Assembly: GCA_963693365.1 (NCBI GenBank)
Contig: CAVNZM010000015.1
Span: 5,153,502-5,217,501 of the forward strand
DNA: 64,000 bases
Source of the DNA: Amoebidium appalachense
Lineage: Eukaryota > Protista > Ichthyosporea
Direction of reading: 5' to 3'
Shown here: one piece after another, positions 20,493-58,912 of the stretch
How the letters are laid out: every line of letters starts with the position of its first letter
Numbering within the stretch: the first letter of the stretch is position 1
The notes under the pieces: generated by a model
Databases searched by the model: none
The model's input: only the letters and a program-made list of their open reading frames with translations
Told to the model about the DNA's origin: nothing
Translations under genes and position numbers: made by a program

Positions 20493-21089
20493 TAACGGGT
20501 GCATAAGAAGGCACTGAATATACGGGTTACAGAGGTGTAGAGTTATTTCATTTAATTTAGAAGGTCCGAGGATGGGGTGAGGGAGGGAGTGTGGCGGAGG
20601 AGGATTCGGCGATCATGAAAGCATCAACGACAAATGTACATACCACGATAGTTGATGGAGCCAGGGCTGGTGCAGTGGTACTTGGAGTTGCCACACCATC
20701 CCTTGGGGGAGCAGCAGAACCGGGCAGTGCCCGGGTGGCACCAGGCAGCCGTTCCGTTCTTGTTCTTGAATGCCTCACCACAGCGGAAATCGGTGCGGAA
20801 CAGATCGAGCGAAAGGGGTGGCTCGAAACCTTGCGGACAGAAGGTCTTGGCGGGTGGGTCCTGACCTGTTGTTTTGTTCACTTGTTAACTTATCTGTGCA
20901 GATTGGGGGGGAGTGAGGTGTACAAAAGAAAGTGAATGGAAGAGTCTCAAGAGTCAGCCTTGAAGCACCGGATGAGATTTGGATGAACATGATACAGTAA
21001 TCATAAATACTTGGCGCAATACGGTGACCTAGAAATGGGTCAAAGAGACAACTTTGTTATGTTTCGGGGATGCAGGTGCAGGTGTATGT

Positions 21090-21134
<45 letters not shown>

Positions 21135-22198
21135 GTTTCTCCTTCTATTTTCCTGATGCTACCCCCCCCCCCCCCCCCCCCCCAAATACACACACACTCA
21201 CAAATATGCAGGAAAAGAAGGGAACCGGTCCAAGGTATTCTCTAGCTTACACAACTATTTAATCCACTCACCAGCTGGAGGTGCAACCATGCATTTGCTA
21301 AGGCTGACTTTGCCATCGCTGACGCGGTTCATGTACCCCTTGTTGCAAGTGCAGATGGTGACGTTGTTCTTGACGCTCAGCTTGCCAACCCCACCGCATG
21401 GCGCGCAGCGAGTGAGGTCACGCCTGTAGTCGGAAAAGCCGCTGAAGACGGGGGACTGGTAGCCGTCGTCGCAGTGGCAGTGGTCACCGTGGATGTAACC
21501 TTTCCCGTTGCAGTCGTCTACAATGCCATAATATTAAAGTTAGGAAATCACGACCGCCGGCCGGGATTAGTACACGTCACGGGCATGCAATTATTACAAC
21601 TGTATAGTTTCGTGTGAGACAAATGTACGTGCGGGCGGATCTGTGTACAAATAAAAGCTAGGCTACTGCACAAACTAAAAAAACCGAAGCAAGCCTGCCA
21701 GGGACCGGGTACAGTGGACCGGGCATGCATGTTGGCCACCATGCAAAACGACGCAGCCATGCATCTGCATGCATGCCGTCAAGCAACTCATGATGATGTC
21801 TGTTGTATGCAAGGAGAGGGGTTTGCTAGTTAGACTCAGCTGCTAGGCCTAGCCAGGATATAATTGAAGCAACACTTACTCTTGTAGTCGATGCATCCGA
21901 AGCACTTGCAGAAGCTGTCGCCCGAGCCACATCGCCCACTGGCCGAGCAGCAGGGCTTGGTGAAATTGGCGTTGCACAGAGCACCCTCGGGGCTGCCTGG
22001 GGCGGGGAAGAGGGGCCCACACCGCCCATCTTTGCGGTAAGGAGAGAGGGCTGGCTCCTTCTTATCTTCGCTGCCGTGGGCGTGGCCTGCATGTGCGCCG
22101 CCAGCAGGTGCAGGTGCCTGTGTCCCCTGTGCTTGTTGTGCTGTGGCGATTCGCGCAAGGGCAAGGCAAAAGAAGAGGGCCGCGAGGAGGAGACCCAT
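19953..22198 (-). CDS. Secreted cysteine-rich protein: signal peptide, hevein/chitin-binding type 1-like domain, two EGF-like repeats, second hevein-like domain
   Basis: Exons 22198-21880, 21517-21272, 20865-20644, 20020-19953, with all introns phase 1 and GT-AG. Signal peptide MGLLLAALFFCLALA. Chitin-binding-like segments DGRCGP..CCSASGRCG..C and DFRCG..CCSPKGWCG..HC. EGF-like segments CNGKG..CHCDDGY and CGGVG..CTCNKGY. Confidence 0.85.
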
Positions 22199-22282
22199 GT
22201 GGGCCTGGACAAAGCTGCGACGCATGATGATGTGCAGGAAGCGCGTCTGAGTGAGAGTGGAAATGAGATGGCAAATTGGGGG

Positions 22283-22290
22283 CTTTTATA
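22283..22290 (-). promoter_or_regulatory. TATA box of the chitin-binding protein gene
   Basis: TATAAAAG on the minus strand about 85 nt upstream of ATG 22198. An inverted pair of CCAAT motifs (gccaatca...tgattggc) lies further upstream at ~22591-22622. Confidence 0.5.
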
Positions 22291-22699
22291 CCCTTCGAAG
22301 GCGGATTCCGGCCGGGACCGTGCGCCCTGGCACATGTCAGCATGTTCTGGCAGCCGGCGCCGCGCACATGTGCACATGCTACTGGGTGCGGACGTGATTC
22401 CTGGCTGGGGCAAGCGAGATAGGCTAGTGCCTGAGGAATCCCACTGTTTTTTTTTTTTTTTTGAAACTTGGAATTTTATACTTTGGGTTGTAGCATTATA
22501 CTTCACATGTAGGTACAGAAGTAGACTAATTCGTTACGCTGTCAGCTATTTTTATGGTCGTTTTGAATTTGATGTTGGCGCGAAAATTCGGCCAATCAAA
22601 GACATGTCTGCTTCTGATTGGCTATGTGCGATCATTGCATCACCCTGCCAATAGGAGCGAAGTCCCCGACGGATTGTGCATTGCCGTGAACCAGGCGTG

Positions 22700-23020
22700 A
22701 TCACGGTGATCGTCTCGACGTTCGAAATAACTACACACAATCCTACCGGATATGTATTGGTTATTTTTTGCAACAAATAGGATATATATTTAAGGGTGCT
22801 GCCTTGCTTCCAATACAAATCTTCTTCCATGCATGTCCCGGCGCCTCGAATCCTCAGGATCAAATAAATGTGATCAACGTCACAATCACCGTACCGTAGG
22901 CTATCATGTAGTGGCATTCCCACTATGAGGATTTGTATTTGAAGCAGCGCAGCACCTTTAAAAGCAAATGTTGCACCTAAAAGAAATATATCCTCGCACC
23001 TGAACGACAGATAATGATTA
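22700..23020 (-). mobile_element. Probable degenerate Penelope-like reverse transcriptase fragment (motifs B-D)
   Basis: TFAFKGAALLQIQILIVGMPL resembles PLE RT F.F.G..Y.Q..G..MGSPL. MEEDLYW..LLQKITNTYPVGL resembles the region after YxDD. Catalytic residues are eroded. Motif recognition by eye only. Confidence 0.45.
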
Positions 23021-23094
23021 TACAATTTCTTTTCACATGCTGCAGGCCTCCTTGAGCGACCAAATGCAATATTAATTAGTGTGCACGTGTGCTT

Positions 23095-23785
<691 letters not shown>

Positions 23786-23948
23786 TCACAGGAATATTCC
23801 GGACTGGGATTTTTCCGGACTCGGACCAAGTCCCTGATTTAGGAAATTTCCGGACTCCCCCTCCGGATCCCCCCCTCCCCCTAAGTTTTTTTTTTTTTTT
23901 TTTTTTTTTGGTGAATCCGTTCCCAGGGAACACGTCCCCCCCCCCCTT

Positions 23949-23981
<33 letters not shown>

Positions 23982-23984
23982 TTT

Positions 23985-24420
23985 TGTACTGCGCACTGTG
24001 CTGGAAGTTCAAGGCTATGGTGGCTTGGGTGACGGAGTGGCTGTATCCATACCTTTTGAGATGTTGTCTAATGATATGTCGTTCCAGTCGGAACCTTTCC
24101 CACTCCCTGGTCGGAGTGAACACGAACGGCTCATGCTGAGGTTCGACGATGATGGACGAGGGAAACTAGTTGTGTTGACTGAACGGGCAAATGGGCACAC
24201 CGTGGCACCGTTTTCGGCGATACTGTGTGACTTCAACCCGTTCGGTCAACCGTGCCCGGCAAAAGTGGCGATAAAGATTCGTGCAAGTTTTGACGAGGTT
24301 GTACATAGCCAAGGGGGTGCCTATGTTTGCAACAAGGAGTCGACTGGCCTCACGGCACTTCATTGTTGAGAAAAGACTTTGGTTCTGGTACAGCAAGTAA
24401 GCGTATACGTAGGGCCAAGC
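23985..24420 (-). mobile_element. Probable degenerate Penelope-like reverse transcriptase fragment (motif B remnant + thumb), with an internal stop
   Basis: IGTPLA; RVEVTQYRRK..PFSQH (cf. L.T..YRK....SxHP); ERFRLERHIIRQHLKRYGYS (cf. F..E...I...L...GYP). In-frame TAG at 24166-24168. Confidence 0.45.
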
Positions 24421-25295
24421 TAAAGGGTGTTGAATAGAGAGCATGAGATTCTGAAGAAGTTATAGCTGAATAGCACAAGAGGCAGGTGCGGGCCAGATAT
24501 ATCCCACGTGTTTCGGCTCCGCCATACCTCTGGGTTATAACTGATACTAATGAATTTGAGTGTAGTCTTTCCGATACACAAGGGGTAGTGTGAAGGCTGT
24601 ATAAAGGCTACCATGCACTAAAGCGCTAGACAAGTATGGAAGTTGTCACGATTATCTCAGGTGCACGTGCTTAAATGGTGATTGCTCATGTAGCCTAAGA
24701 AAATCAAGTTGGGGCAACAAGCAGATAGTAACCGTTGTGGGTAATAACTGTTGTTATGTTGCACGGGTGGGTGTATGTACAGTACAATACATGTAGATGG
24801 CACGTTACCAAGTTTCATTCGAAGGGATGAGATATGAAATATTGACACGAACTAACGCTAGATGGTGCACATGCCAATTGGGATGCCAGCATGTATATAT
24901 GCTATGTGTTGAGCCAGGACAACCTGAAAAAAGGGGATATATATTATGATCATGATAGCCTGTACGCGAACGAAAATCTTATATGATACACTAAATGTGC
25001 GATTTGGTGCTCGAATTCAAGCACCACAAACATCAGGATGCTGCACGTGTAAGACCAATGCTCCTGATCATCCCTAATTTTACTCTGACTGCCCTCGTGC
25101 AAATTACAATATTAAACTTTTAAAGTACACTATTGTTGCTTACCCAGCCGCACGTGAACATGCACTGCACCGAACAAAGACAAGAAACCACAGGCCTGCA
25201 GTGCTGGGCGGCTGGCTCACTCAAGCTTGTGCCTACATGTTTCAATACGTGTGAAATGGGACGAGAAATTTCTAATTCGTCATGGCTTTGAGGCT

Positions 25296-25330
<35 letters not shown>

Positions 25331-25601
25331 GGTGTGTGTTGGTGGCCATGGTGGTTCGTGCGGTGGGTATACCGTGCCGCTGTTTTTGGATGTGCGATTT
25401 GTGTTTTTGTGTCTAGCCTTTTCATTTTTTTTATTTTTTTTATTTTTTTTCCCCCTTTATGTGGATGGTGGTGTGTGTGTGTGCGTGTGCGTGTGTGTGT
25501 GTACGTGTGTGTGTGTGTGTGGGGTGGGGTGGGGGGGAAGGGAGCGCATGGGGCAAATGTGTGACCGCACCACACCGTGAGGAGACAGGACCCGTTTTCA
25601 C

Positions 25602-25639
<38 letters not shown>

Positions 25640-26872
25640 TTGATGTTTGTGTGTACGCTGTACATGTGTGACGCGCGCGCGATGTGTGTGTAAGAGAGAG
25701 GTGTGTTGTAGTGCAGTTGCTATCGGATCATGGGTAAGGGAGATAGGTAAGAACTAAGAAGCATTCATTGAGCATGCGCACATGCCTCCACACCAACCAC
25801 AACTGATATTATATAGGACTCCTCTTAAGCTAGCAGGCAGGCACAGACACAGGATACTATATATGGTAACCGTTTTAGCAGCCATGTAACTTGAAGTCTC
25901 ATTTATTTGTACTTAGGCATTTACAGTACATCATGCGGCCTCAGCGGCAAAAAAATGTATACATGACCACCTATGCCAAAAAATAATGCATGTGTGTGTC
26001 ACCATGCGCAGACGACGGATAAATAAGAAAGGATGTTCAGCCAAGAAATGATACCCCGCGGTGCAAATTGCTGAACTAAAGCTACTAGGTACATACACTG
26101 TGACAACTACAGTTACACATGCATTTACATGGAATAATTCATTAAAATTTTATACTCAAGCTATTGATTCATGATACCTGTTTGCATGATACGATGCATG
26201 TCCTAGACTATACAAATAAACCTTAAAGCCCTCAGGCTAGAAAGTTGAAACAGGGGGAGGGAGAGACTGGCGTACTTACAGTCTCCTAGCGGTGTCTTTT
26301 CGCTTGTCATTCATGTATTATACTACTTAAATAAATACAGTCCAAACGTGCCTAATACTAAAGATCACCATGATGATCGAGAACACCTATCCCTGCATAA
26401 ATTGCGAGCCGGTGAAAATACCGACAGCATTTAAGCCAGCTCAGAAAGCTAATGCAATGAACAAAGCAAAAATGGCATAAAAGGAACTTTGGCATTCGTA
26501 GATGTGTTGAAGCCCCTAGCATACAGTAAAAGTAAAGACGCGGGATTACTTGTGGCACATGAAAATATATCCCTAATACAAGATACAAAAAAAAATTCAA
26601 CTATGTACCAGTGCTGTGTGACCACGACAAGTGGTTTATACTGACATGGTTGCCTTGATTTAGTTCTCGCTACTCATTGGGCCACATCAGCTTTTGAAAA
26701 ATTCAGCCAATCAGACAACAGGTGGTTCCATACCGAGCAATATAATTGGTGAACATGTCGCCGTTAACGTTAAGTCTACTTGCTTCTTACTCAACCTTTA
26801 AAAGTCAGGCCCTTAGAGTGAGGTGTCAACATAAGGCCGCAAGCTGTTGCTATCCAAAGCACCCCATCACGT

Positions 26873-51458
<24,586 letters not shown>

Positions 51459-52150
51459 GGTGATGGGTGGGCCTTAACTCCTCTGGCTTGGCGGATGTAC
51501 ACTGGCCAAGCCTTAGAAACACTTGTAATGCTGTGTGCATCTCAAAAACATGCTTATACTACACAGGCTTGTACGGGTGATGAATTGAATGTTGATGAAG
51601 GGGTCGACTGCAGGGTCACTTGTTTAACTTTCAGACCTAGGCTAGACTATTGTTAGGCTAATGTTAGCTGATAGAACTATCCGCATTTACTCGTCTCGGC
51701 GAAAAATACACGTAACAAGTTGCTTGTGTTATGGTCGTGTGATGACGTGTCGTTATGTTGGCGCAATGCAGAGGTATCCCAATCGGCACTGGCGTGTTTT
51801 TTGCTCCGTGCTAAAACATCTAATCAACGCATATTATGTCTAACGTGCAAACATGGCACACCAAGGCCCCACACAGAACACCAAGCGATATGCCACGCGC
51901 CAGCTTGAAGGAAGGCGCGGGATGGCACAAACGTTAACCACGGCCCTCTTTTTTTCAGAAGGGCGTGCACAAACTTTTCTGTGCGGCGAGTTGTCTGCAC
52001 CGACGAAGCGGCTCAGGATCGGAATTGTGCGAAAAGAGCCGCCCATTGGTCCACAGGCCATGGCCAATCGAAACATGATAACCCACACCCACCAAAAAAA
52101 AAACAAAAAAAAAACAATCAAATGTGTGTGTGTGTGGGGGGGGGGGGGGT

Positions 52151-52203
<53 letters not shown>

Positions 52204-53070
52204 GAAAGAAAGAAAGAAAGAAAAAAGAAACGCTTCCGCGATGACAGCATACAACTGTATATATGTCTACACCCTTCCTGCACACAAATTGACACACATG
52301 TCTGGTGACACCACATTGTAAGCCTCATCTATATATATAGCTTGCAATTGTGTCACCACACCCTAGCTATAGCCTACTAGTAGCTAGACGTGTGCTTTTT
52401 TTTCCTGCATATCCACACGCGTTTGCATATGTCTGCATGTGCACATGTGTGCGTATGCCGCAATCACACCGGTGTGCACGTGTGTGCAACAGTGCACACA
52501 TGTATATATGCGCGTGTGTATGTGCATACGTGCGTGCGGTAGTACGTGTTTGCGCGCGCGTGTGGGTGCGTGTATGTAGTACGTACTGTGCGCCGGTCCA
52601 GCCCGGTCCGCAGTTTTACCACCATCAACATGACCATCAGGACCCATAATCTCCGTGTCTCTTTACAAGAACAGTCAAGCAGACTCTCTCATATCTGACT
52701 TTCACCCATATCCCGTAATACTATATAGAAATTTGCCATTATTTGGCAAAATTCGCAGGCCCCTTCCAAGCGTATGGCGTACGAATGCGAACTTCAAGAG
52801 GTGGCCGGCATGGTGCGCGGATCCTGGCAAAGGCGTTGTGGACAGTATTTTGACGTGTGTTCATTTACTTTTTTGTTTTTTGTCAGCACATTTACGTATA
52901 TACAGTTAAAACATAGTAACGAATGCATTATTTTGATCAATATTAGTTCATATTGTTTTATGTCGGCACCTCTCTTTAGATTCATGAGATAACAATAGTA
53001 GGGCCCTGGGGGCCAAATTAAAAACGTCGTCGCAACACTGTCAAAAGCGCGTGCGCAGTGCAACACCACA

Positions 53071-53411
53071 ACGCCCCCACAACTCTTAATTTTTCTGTTC
53101 CATTTTCTTTTTTACATTCATGCAATCCAAGCATGCGCAGTAGACACACTCTCTGAAACAATACGGGTTCAACTTGGTGTCATGCTGCCTCTGAGTGGTG
53201 GGTTTGCTGAACCCGGAGGTATTCCCACTCTTGCTGGGTTAAATTCTGGATTTGAGCAAGCGGCGACTTATTTAGAAGAGGTTGATTTGAAAACACAACT
53301 ATTGGTTATGGATGATAGGAGTGACAGGGTGACGGCTTTGTTTGAGTCTTTAAGCCTTGGCACAGAGTGTACAGAGAACGGAACGGCGATCGTTCTTGTG
53401 CCGTGGAACAG
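53071..53411 (+). pseudogene. Inverted paralogous copy of GPCR exon 1 (ACG in place of ATG; no complete downstream gene found)
   Basis: Aligns to 51458-51148 (FLFHFLFYIHAI..SETIRV..GVMLPLSGG.AEPGGIPTLAGL..DDRSD..ENGT..PWN) and keeps the same phase-2 donor followed by (GT)n. The frame is open but has no in-frame ATG upstream of the signal peptide. Confidence 0.7.
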
Positions 53412-53694
53412 GTGTGTGTGTGTGCGTGTCTGTGCGTGTCTGCGTGTGTGTGTGTGTGTGTACTGTCACGTGTATGCCAGTGACCGTGTGTGTCTATGTG
53501 TGTATGCGTGTGTATGTGTGTGTGTGACACTGTATACGTACGGTGTGTGTGTATGTGTGTGTGTGTGTGTAGTGCGTGCGTGTGTGTGTGTGTGTGTAGT
53601 GTGTGTGTGTGTGTGCGTGTGTGCGTGTGTGTGTGTGTTGTGTGACACTGTGCGTGTGTGTGTGTGTTGGCATGTGTGTCACTGTGTGCGCGTG

Positions 53695-53793
<99 letters not shown>

Positions 53794-56681
53794 GAAAAGC
53801 GTATTTGACTGTCTGTGTGTGAAAATGTGTATGTGGCTGTACATGTGTGTGTGTGAAAATGTGCATGTGACTGTGTGTGTGAAAACGTGCATGTGACTGA
53901 CAGTGTGTGTGTGAAAAATTAATGTGTATGTGGATGTGTGTTTGAAAATGTGTATGTGTATGTGTTTGTGTGCACGTGTGTGACTGTGATGCAGGTTCAA
54001 TGATCGAGGTCACCGGCACGGAGACGACCAAGTTTGTGCTCTAATGTGAACCTGAAGTTGGTAGGAACTAGCCAAATAAAATTTGCACAAGATTAGAAAA
54101 TACACTTGTCCTTCGTCGTATGCAAAAAAAAAATTGAACTTTACTCTAATAACGATATCTTGTATATGGTGTAACTACAAGGGGTGTTTGCCGGCTTGAC
54201 GACATCGAAATGCTGTAAATGCAATCTTCTGATTTGACCATTGTGAAAATGGCTCAAAATGGCAAAACACGATTGGCCGGCTCAGTCGACATTCGATGGC
54301 AACTCCAAGAATCTCTGAAAATCTCGAAAGTCACTTCAGAAACAGATATAAAAGTATACGTATTAGTGATATTTTCCTCTAACCATCTTAGTGAAGTTTG
54401 TAGGTAAGAATATACCTGTCGGTATATGCAATTTATTCGAGCCTTTTCTATCGATTTTGAGCTGCAATAGAGTTGTTTAGGTCCCAACGTTACCGGGACC
54501 CGGGATATTGTGTCAGTAGTGTTACTGTAACATGTACACTGTCTTTTGGGACTTGGTCTGTATGGATGTCCACACGCACGCGTATTCATCTTGTGCAATA
54601 CTCTGGTTCCAGTAATGAGGTATGGACGTCACAGAGCCGCTCATGAATGCTCTGGCATGCTTGTGTGTCGACACTGAGGGAGGACAGATAATGGCTACGG
54701 TAACCAGGTTTTTTTCTATGCAGTTTGTGTTAGTAATACGGTCGGTCACCTCCCCCCTCCCCCTCCCCCTTCCCCTCCCGCTCCCCCTATGCCCCCCCCC
54801 CCCCCCCCCCCCCCCCCTCACCCCACCCCCCCCACCCCTCACTCCCCCTTCTCACCGCGGGGGTCTGACTGCACCCCGGGCCGGGCTGCGCACTCTCAGT
54901 GGCTTGGAGCCTTTCCTCAGGGCCCACAGGCCGTGCTCCCCAATATCCCCATCCCCCCCCCACCCCCTCCCCCCTCCCTCCCAACCCACCCACCCACCCA
55001 TGGCCACCACCACCACCACCACCAACGTACAGTTATTTCTTCCCTTCGTTCATATTTAGTGACCAGTGCATCAGATTTTGACAAGCGCTTGTCATGGCAA
55101 CACATTAGTGTGTGTGTGTCCGCAGCTTCAGTGAGCCTTGTGTGTCAGTGTGTGTATGTGTCAGTACGGTGGGCATGTTTGAGTGTGTGTCGATGCTTCA
55201 AGAATATTCATCAGATAGTAGAGATTTGTAAGAAAAAATACTGTAGGATTATTGGGGGGGAGGGGAGGAGGGGGGTGTAGGGGAGGGAAGGGGGGGGGAG
55301 AGGGTAAACATTGCTCCACATGTGCAAGTTGTGTGGACGCAAGCAAACATTGTGCGCAAGTAAATGCTATTGGAATTAATTAATGTGTGTATCAGAGGGT
55401 GTGTTTGTACCTCTGTCAGTGTGTGTGCGTGCATGCGCTCGTGTGTGTATGTGTGTGTGGTTTTGTGCGCATATATGCACACGCGTGTGCGTTGGTGGGC
55501 CTGTGTTGGACCTGGCGTGGACCGAGGGGGAGGGGGGGGCGGGGGGGGGGCGCCCAAGGAAAAAGGTTGGTTGATCAGTAGTAGTTTTCCATGACAGGAA
55601 CATTGGTCTTAATGCTTATCATGGTTGGGAACCTGTGTAAGTTGCCAGCTTTTGAAATATAATTTTAAAAATGAATGCATAAAGGTGGGAAAGAACTCAG
55701 CTGGCAGCTAAAACTACTTCGGAAAAGCAGGCAAAAAGCAGGAATTTTAAGCATTCGTAGCTTTTCTACTGGTGTCGATGATATAAAAGTTTAAAGATTC
55801 TTTGTTCCCATCAGCACATGTTGATGGGAAGTGAGAAGTCTGCCTATGATTTCAATAAACATGGGTTACCCTTGACCTATACCAAAATCTATACTAGATC
55901 GGCCCCTTCTTGTACAACCCAACACCTGTAAACAGTTGGACTAGTTAGGATAAGGCGGAGTACAACTGAATCAAAATAAAGACAGAGAACGGTTAGAAAG
56001 GCACACGCGGCCAGGTGGACTTTAATATGGACTTCGTTCTGACTGTTTCAGTCTGACTTCACTGATCCCCCGTACTGGGACGGCTTTCTTATTATAGCCC
56101 CCAGATTTCGGATCAACGCCCAGGATTGGTTCATCCGCGGCCAGCGTGGGTGGCAACACGCCATTCGTGATTCTGGTGCGGTCCGAGCCAGTCAGACCTT
56201 CGTCCTATTTATGCGAACATCTTATTGGTTCACTTCGTTTATGTGGTATGCAGCGGTAGAACCATATATGGTTCACTTCTTAGGTAAGATTGGTTCCTAT
56301 TGGCGCGGACATAATATTTATGTGACATTCATGACAAAGCACGAATCGTGTGCTATCAGTTCACATTCTTTAGTAAACATGTACAGCTCATGTGTACAGT
56401 TGTTTACAACACCAGGATTACCGGATTAAGTTACAAAACCACAAACATGCTCCCGAATTCAGAACCTAAAATAGTGAGAAAAATACGAACACATTCGTAA
56501 TGGGGTACATATATATGGGGAGCTCCTAACTTTATACGGGCAATGCGGAACATAAAGTAACAAATGTCTAACCGCTGAATAAGGCAGCAACGTACTTGCT
56601 CACACAACTTAAGAAAAAGAATAGGGACGGGCCAGACCAAAGATCAATCACATAATTTCACACCGGCAAGGCCATTACACT

Positions 56682-56875
56682 CCATATATGGTTCGACCCA
56701 TGACATATATGGTGCAAGCCATGCCATATATGGTTCGACCCATGCCATGTATGGTTCGAGCCATGCCAAATATGGTTTGACCCATGCCATATATGGTTCG
56801 AACAATACCATGTATGGTTCGAGCCATGCCATTATGGTTCGAACAATACCAAATATGGTTCGAACAATACCATAG
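56682..56875. repeat. ~21-bp tandem repeat (ccatatatggttcgacccatg), about 9 units
   Basis: Direct reading; begins just after the GTPase stop codon (3' UTR region). Confidence 0.9.
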
Positions 56876-56879
56876 ACGG

Positions 56880-57380
56880 CTAGGAGGTGGGGACGGTGCG
56901 CTTTGCCTGCCACGAGACCTTCTTGTTTGTCATGATGTGCACCAGCTGCAAGTAGCCAATCACATGTCAGCATGTGACCACAACCCCAGGGCATAATGGA
57001 AAAACAAATACTCGGATGTTGAGGGTGAAGGGGGGGAGGGGAGGGGGGAGGGGGGGGGGGGGGGGGGGGGCTGGGATAGGGTAAGGTGGAGAGAGGGTGT
57101 TCACTGGCAGAGCATACAACTAAAAAAAAATAATCAGGAAAGTCAAAAGGCACTTGAATAGAGCCTATCATCCACGCGGGCGCGGCGGCGGGGGGGGGAG
57201 GGGGGGGAGGGGGGGGGGGGGGGGGAGGGGAGGGGGGATGGGATTTTAAGCGTGCAGAAGTCAGTATGAGTCTGCACATGGCTGGCTGCAGTGGTGGGTG
57301 ATAACGGTTTGAGGGGAGGGTGGGGGGATGGGGGGGGGTAGGGATGGGTGGTGGGTGGGGTTGGGTGGGTGGGTGGGGAA

Positions 57381-57420
<40 letters not shown>

Positions 57421-58372
57421 GGGAGGGTACACATGGGTGGAGAGCGTATAAATAATCGTATTAGAATGGCCGGGAGGCCAGGAGAGAAACTTCGAGCCGT
57501 GGCTACAGAGAGTAGTGGATTCGAGGAGCGGGAGAAGCAAAAGGGGCGGGGGGGGGGGGGGGGGGGGGGAGGGAGGGGGGTTTTGAATGCGTCAAAAAGT
57601 ACGAAGTACACAGGAACAAACGGATAACACGATGCAGAATGCAAGCCATTCATAAAGAGTATGCATAATAAGCAGAGCCCATCCTCAGGGGGGCCCCACG
57701 TCATCCACAGTACCCGAGTTTCGACCTATTCACCTCGTTAACGAAACCCAACTCAGGTACTGTTTCACTTGAACATGGGTAGGTCACCCGTCTTGATCAG
57801 AGACGAGCAGGGTTGCTTATGCAGGCAAGGGCAGTGGGAAAGGCCGGGGGTTAAAGTTGCAGCGGTAAGCAGAAGCAAGAAAAATATAGATAGGAACTCG
57901 GGAGACGGGGCTTCTAGGAAGCTCCCCCGTCGCTACCTAAGTCGATACTTCCCTGGCTAACATACTACACCAGCTGAAAAGAATTAAGTCCCGAAGGCCG
58001 CAGAATTCGCAATCAGAGGGGAAAATATGAGATTTGACCCACGCCGCAGAGTAGTAAGGGTTGTGTGTGTGTGTGGGGGGGGGGGGGGGGGGGAGGGAAG
58101 GGGGACACAAGAAACATTACAAGACCAAAATCCAAAAACTGACAAACAAACAAATAAACAAACAAACAAAAAAAAAAACCACAAAAAAAACCAAAACCAA
58201 AACAGGGAAGGAAAAAACAAAAAACGAACCTGATTTTTCTGACCCATTCTTTCGTCTTTCTTTAACACGTTCACCTTTCCGTCCCTCAGCCTGCACTCAC
58301 TACGCACGTACTCCCCATCCAATAGCAGGTAGGGGGGCTTCTTTAAAACCTCGTATAGTGTCTCCACCGTGC

Positions 58373-58451
<79 letters not shown>

Positions 58452-58492
58452 TGGAGGGAACGTGTGTGTATGTGTTTTTTTTTTTTTTTTTT

Positions 58493-58523
<31 letters not shown>

Positions 58524-58603
58524 GAAGGATAAGGAGAAGGTAGTGTTTGTGTTTGTGTGTTGCATGCTTCACAATGCGTCCATAGGCTTGGGTGAGTACA
58601 TCA

Positions 58604-58695
<92 letters not shown>

Positions 58696-58841
58696 TGTTG
58701 GAAGGAACGTGTGTATGTGTTTTTTTTTTTTTTTTTTTTTTTTTTTTGGGGGGGGGGGGGGGGAGGATAAGGAGAAGGTAGTGTGTGTGTTTGTGTGTTG
58801 CATGCTTCACAATGCGTCCATAGGCTTGGGCGAGTACATCA

Positions 58842-58912
<71 letters not shown>

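Noticed and set aside
23908-24369. 153-aa plus-strand ORF
   Set aside because: No recognisable motifs and it starts in low-complexity sequence; it is better explained as the antisense of the RT-like remnant.
54905-54930. GGGCCCUGAGGAAAGGCUCC on the minus strand resembling the element's CUGAGGA segment
   Set aside because: It lacks the GUU and GAAAC arms and the family 3' body; likely chance.
56022-56205. Open minus-strand frame (DEGLTGSDRTRITNGVLPP...) in high-complexity sequence
   Set aside because: No recognisable homology, start codon or linked exons; it cannot be supported as a gene.
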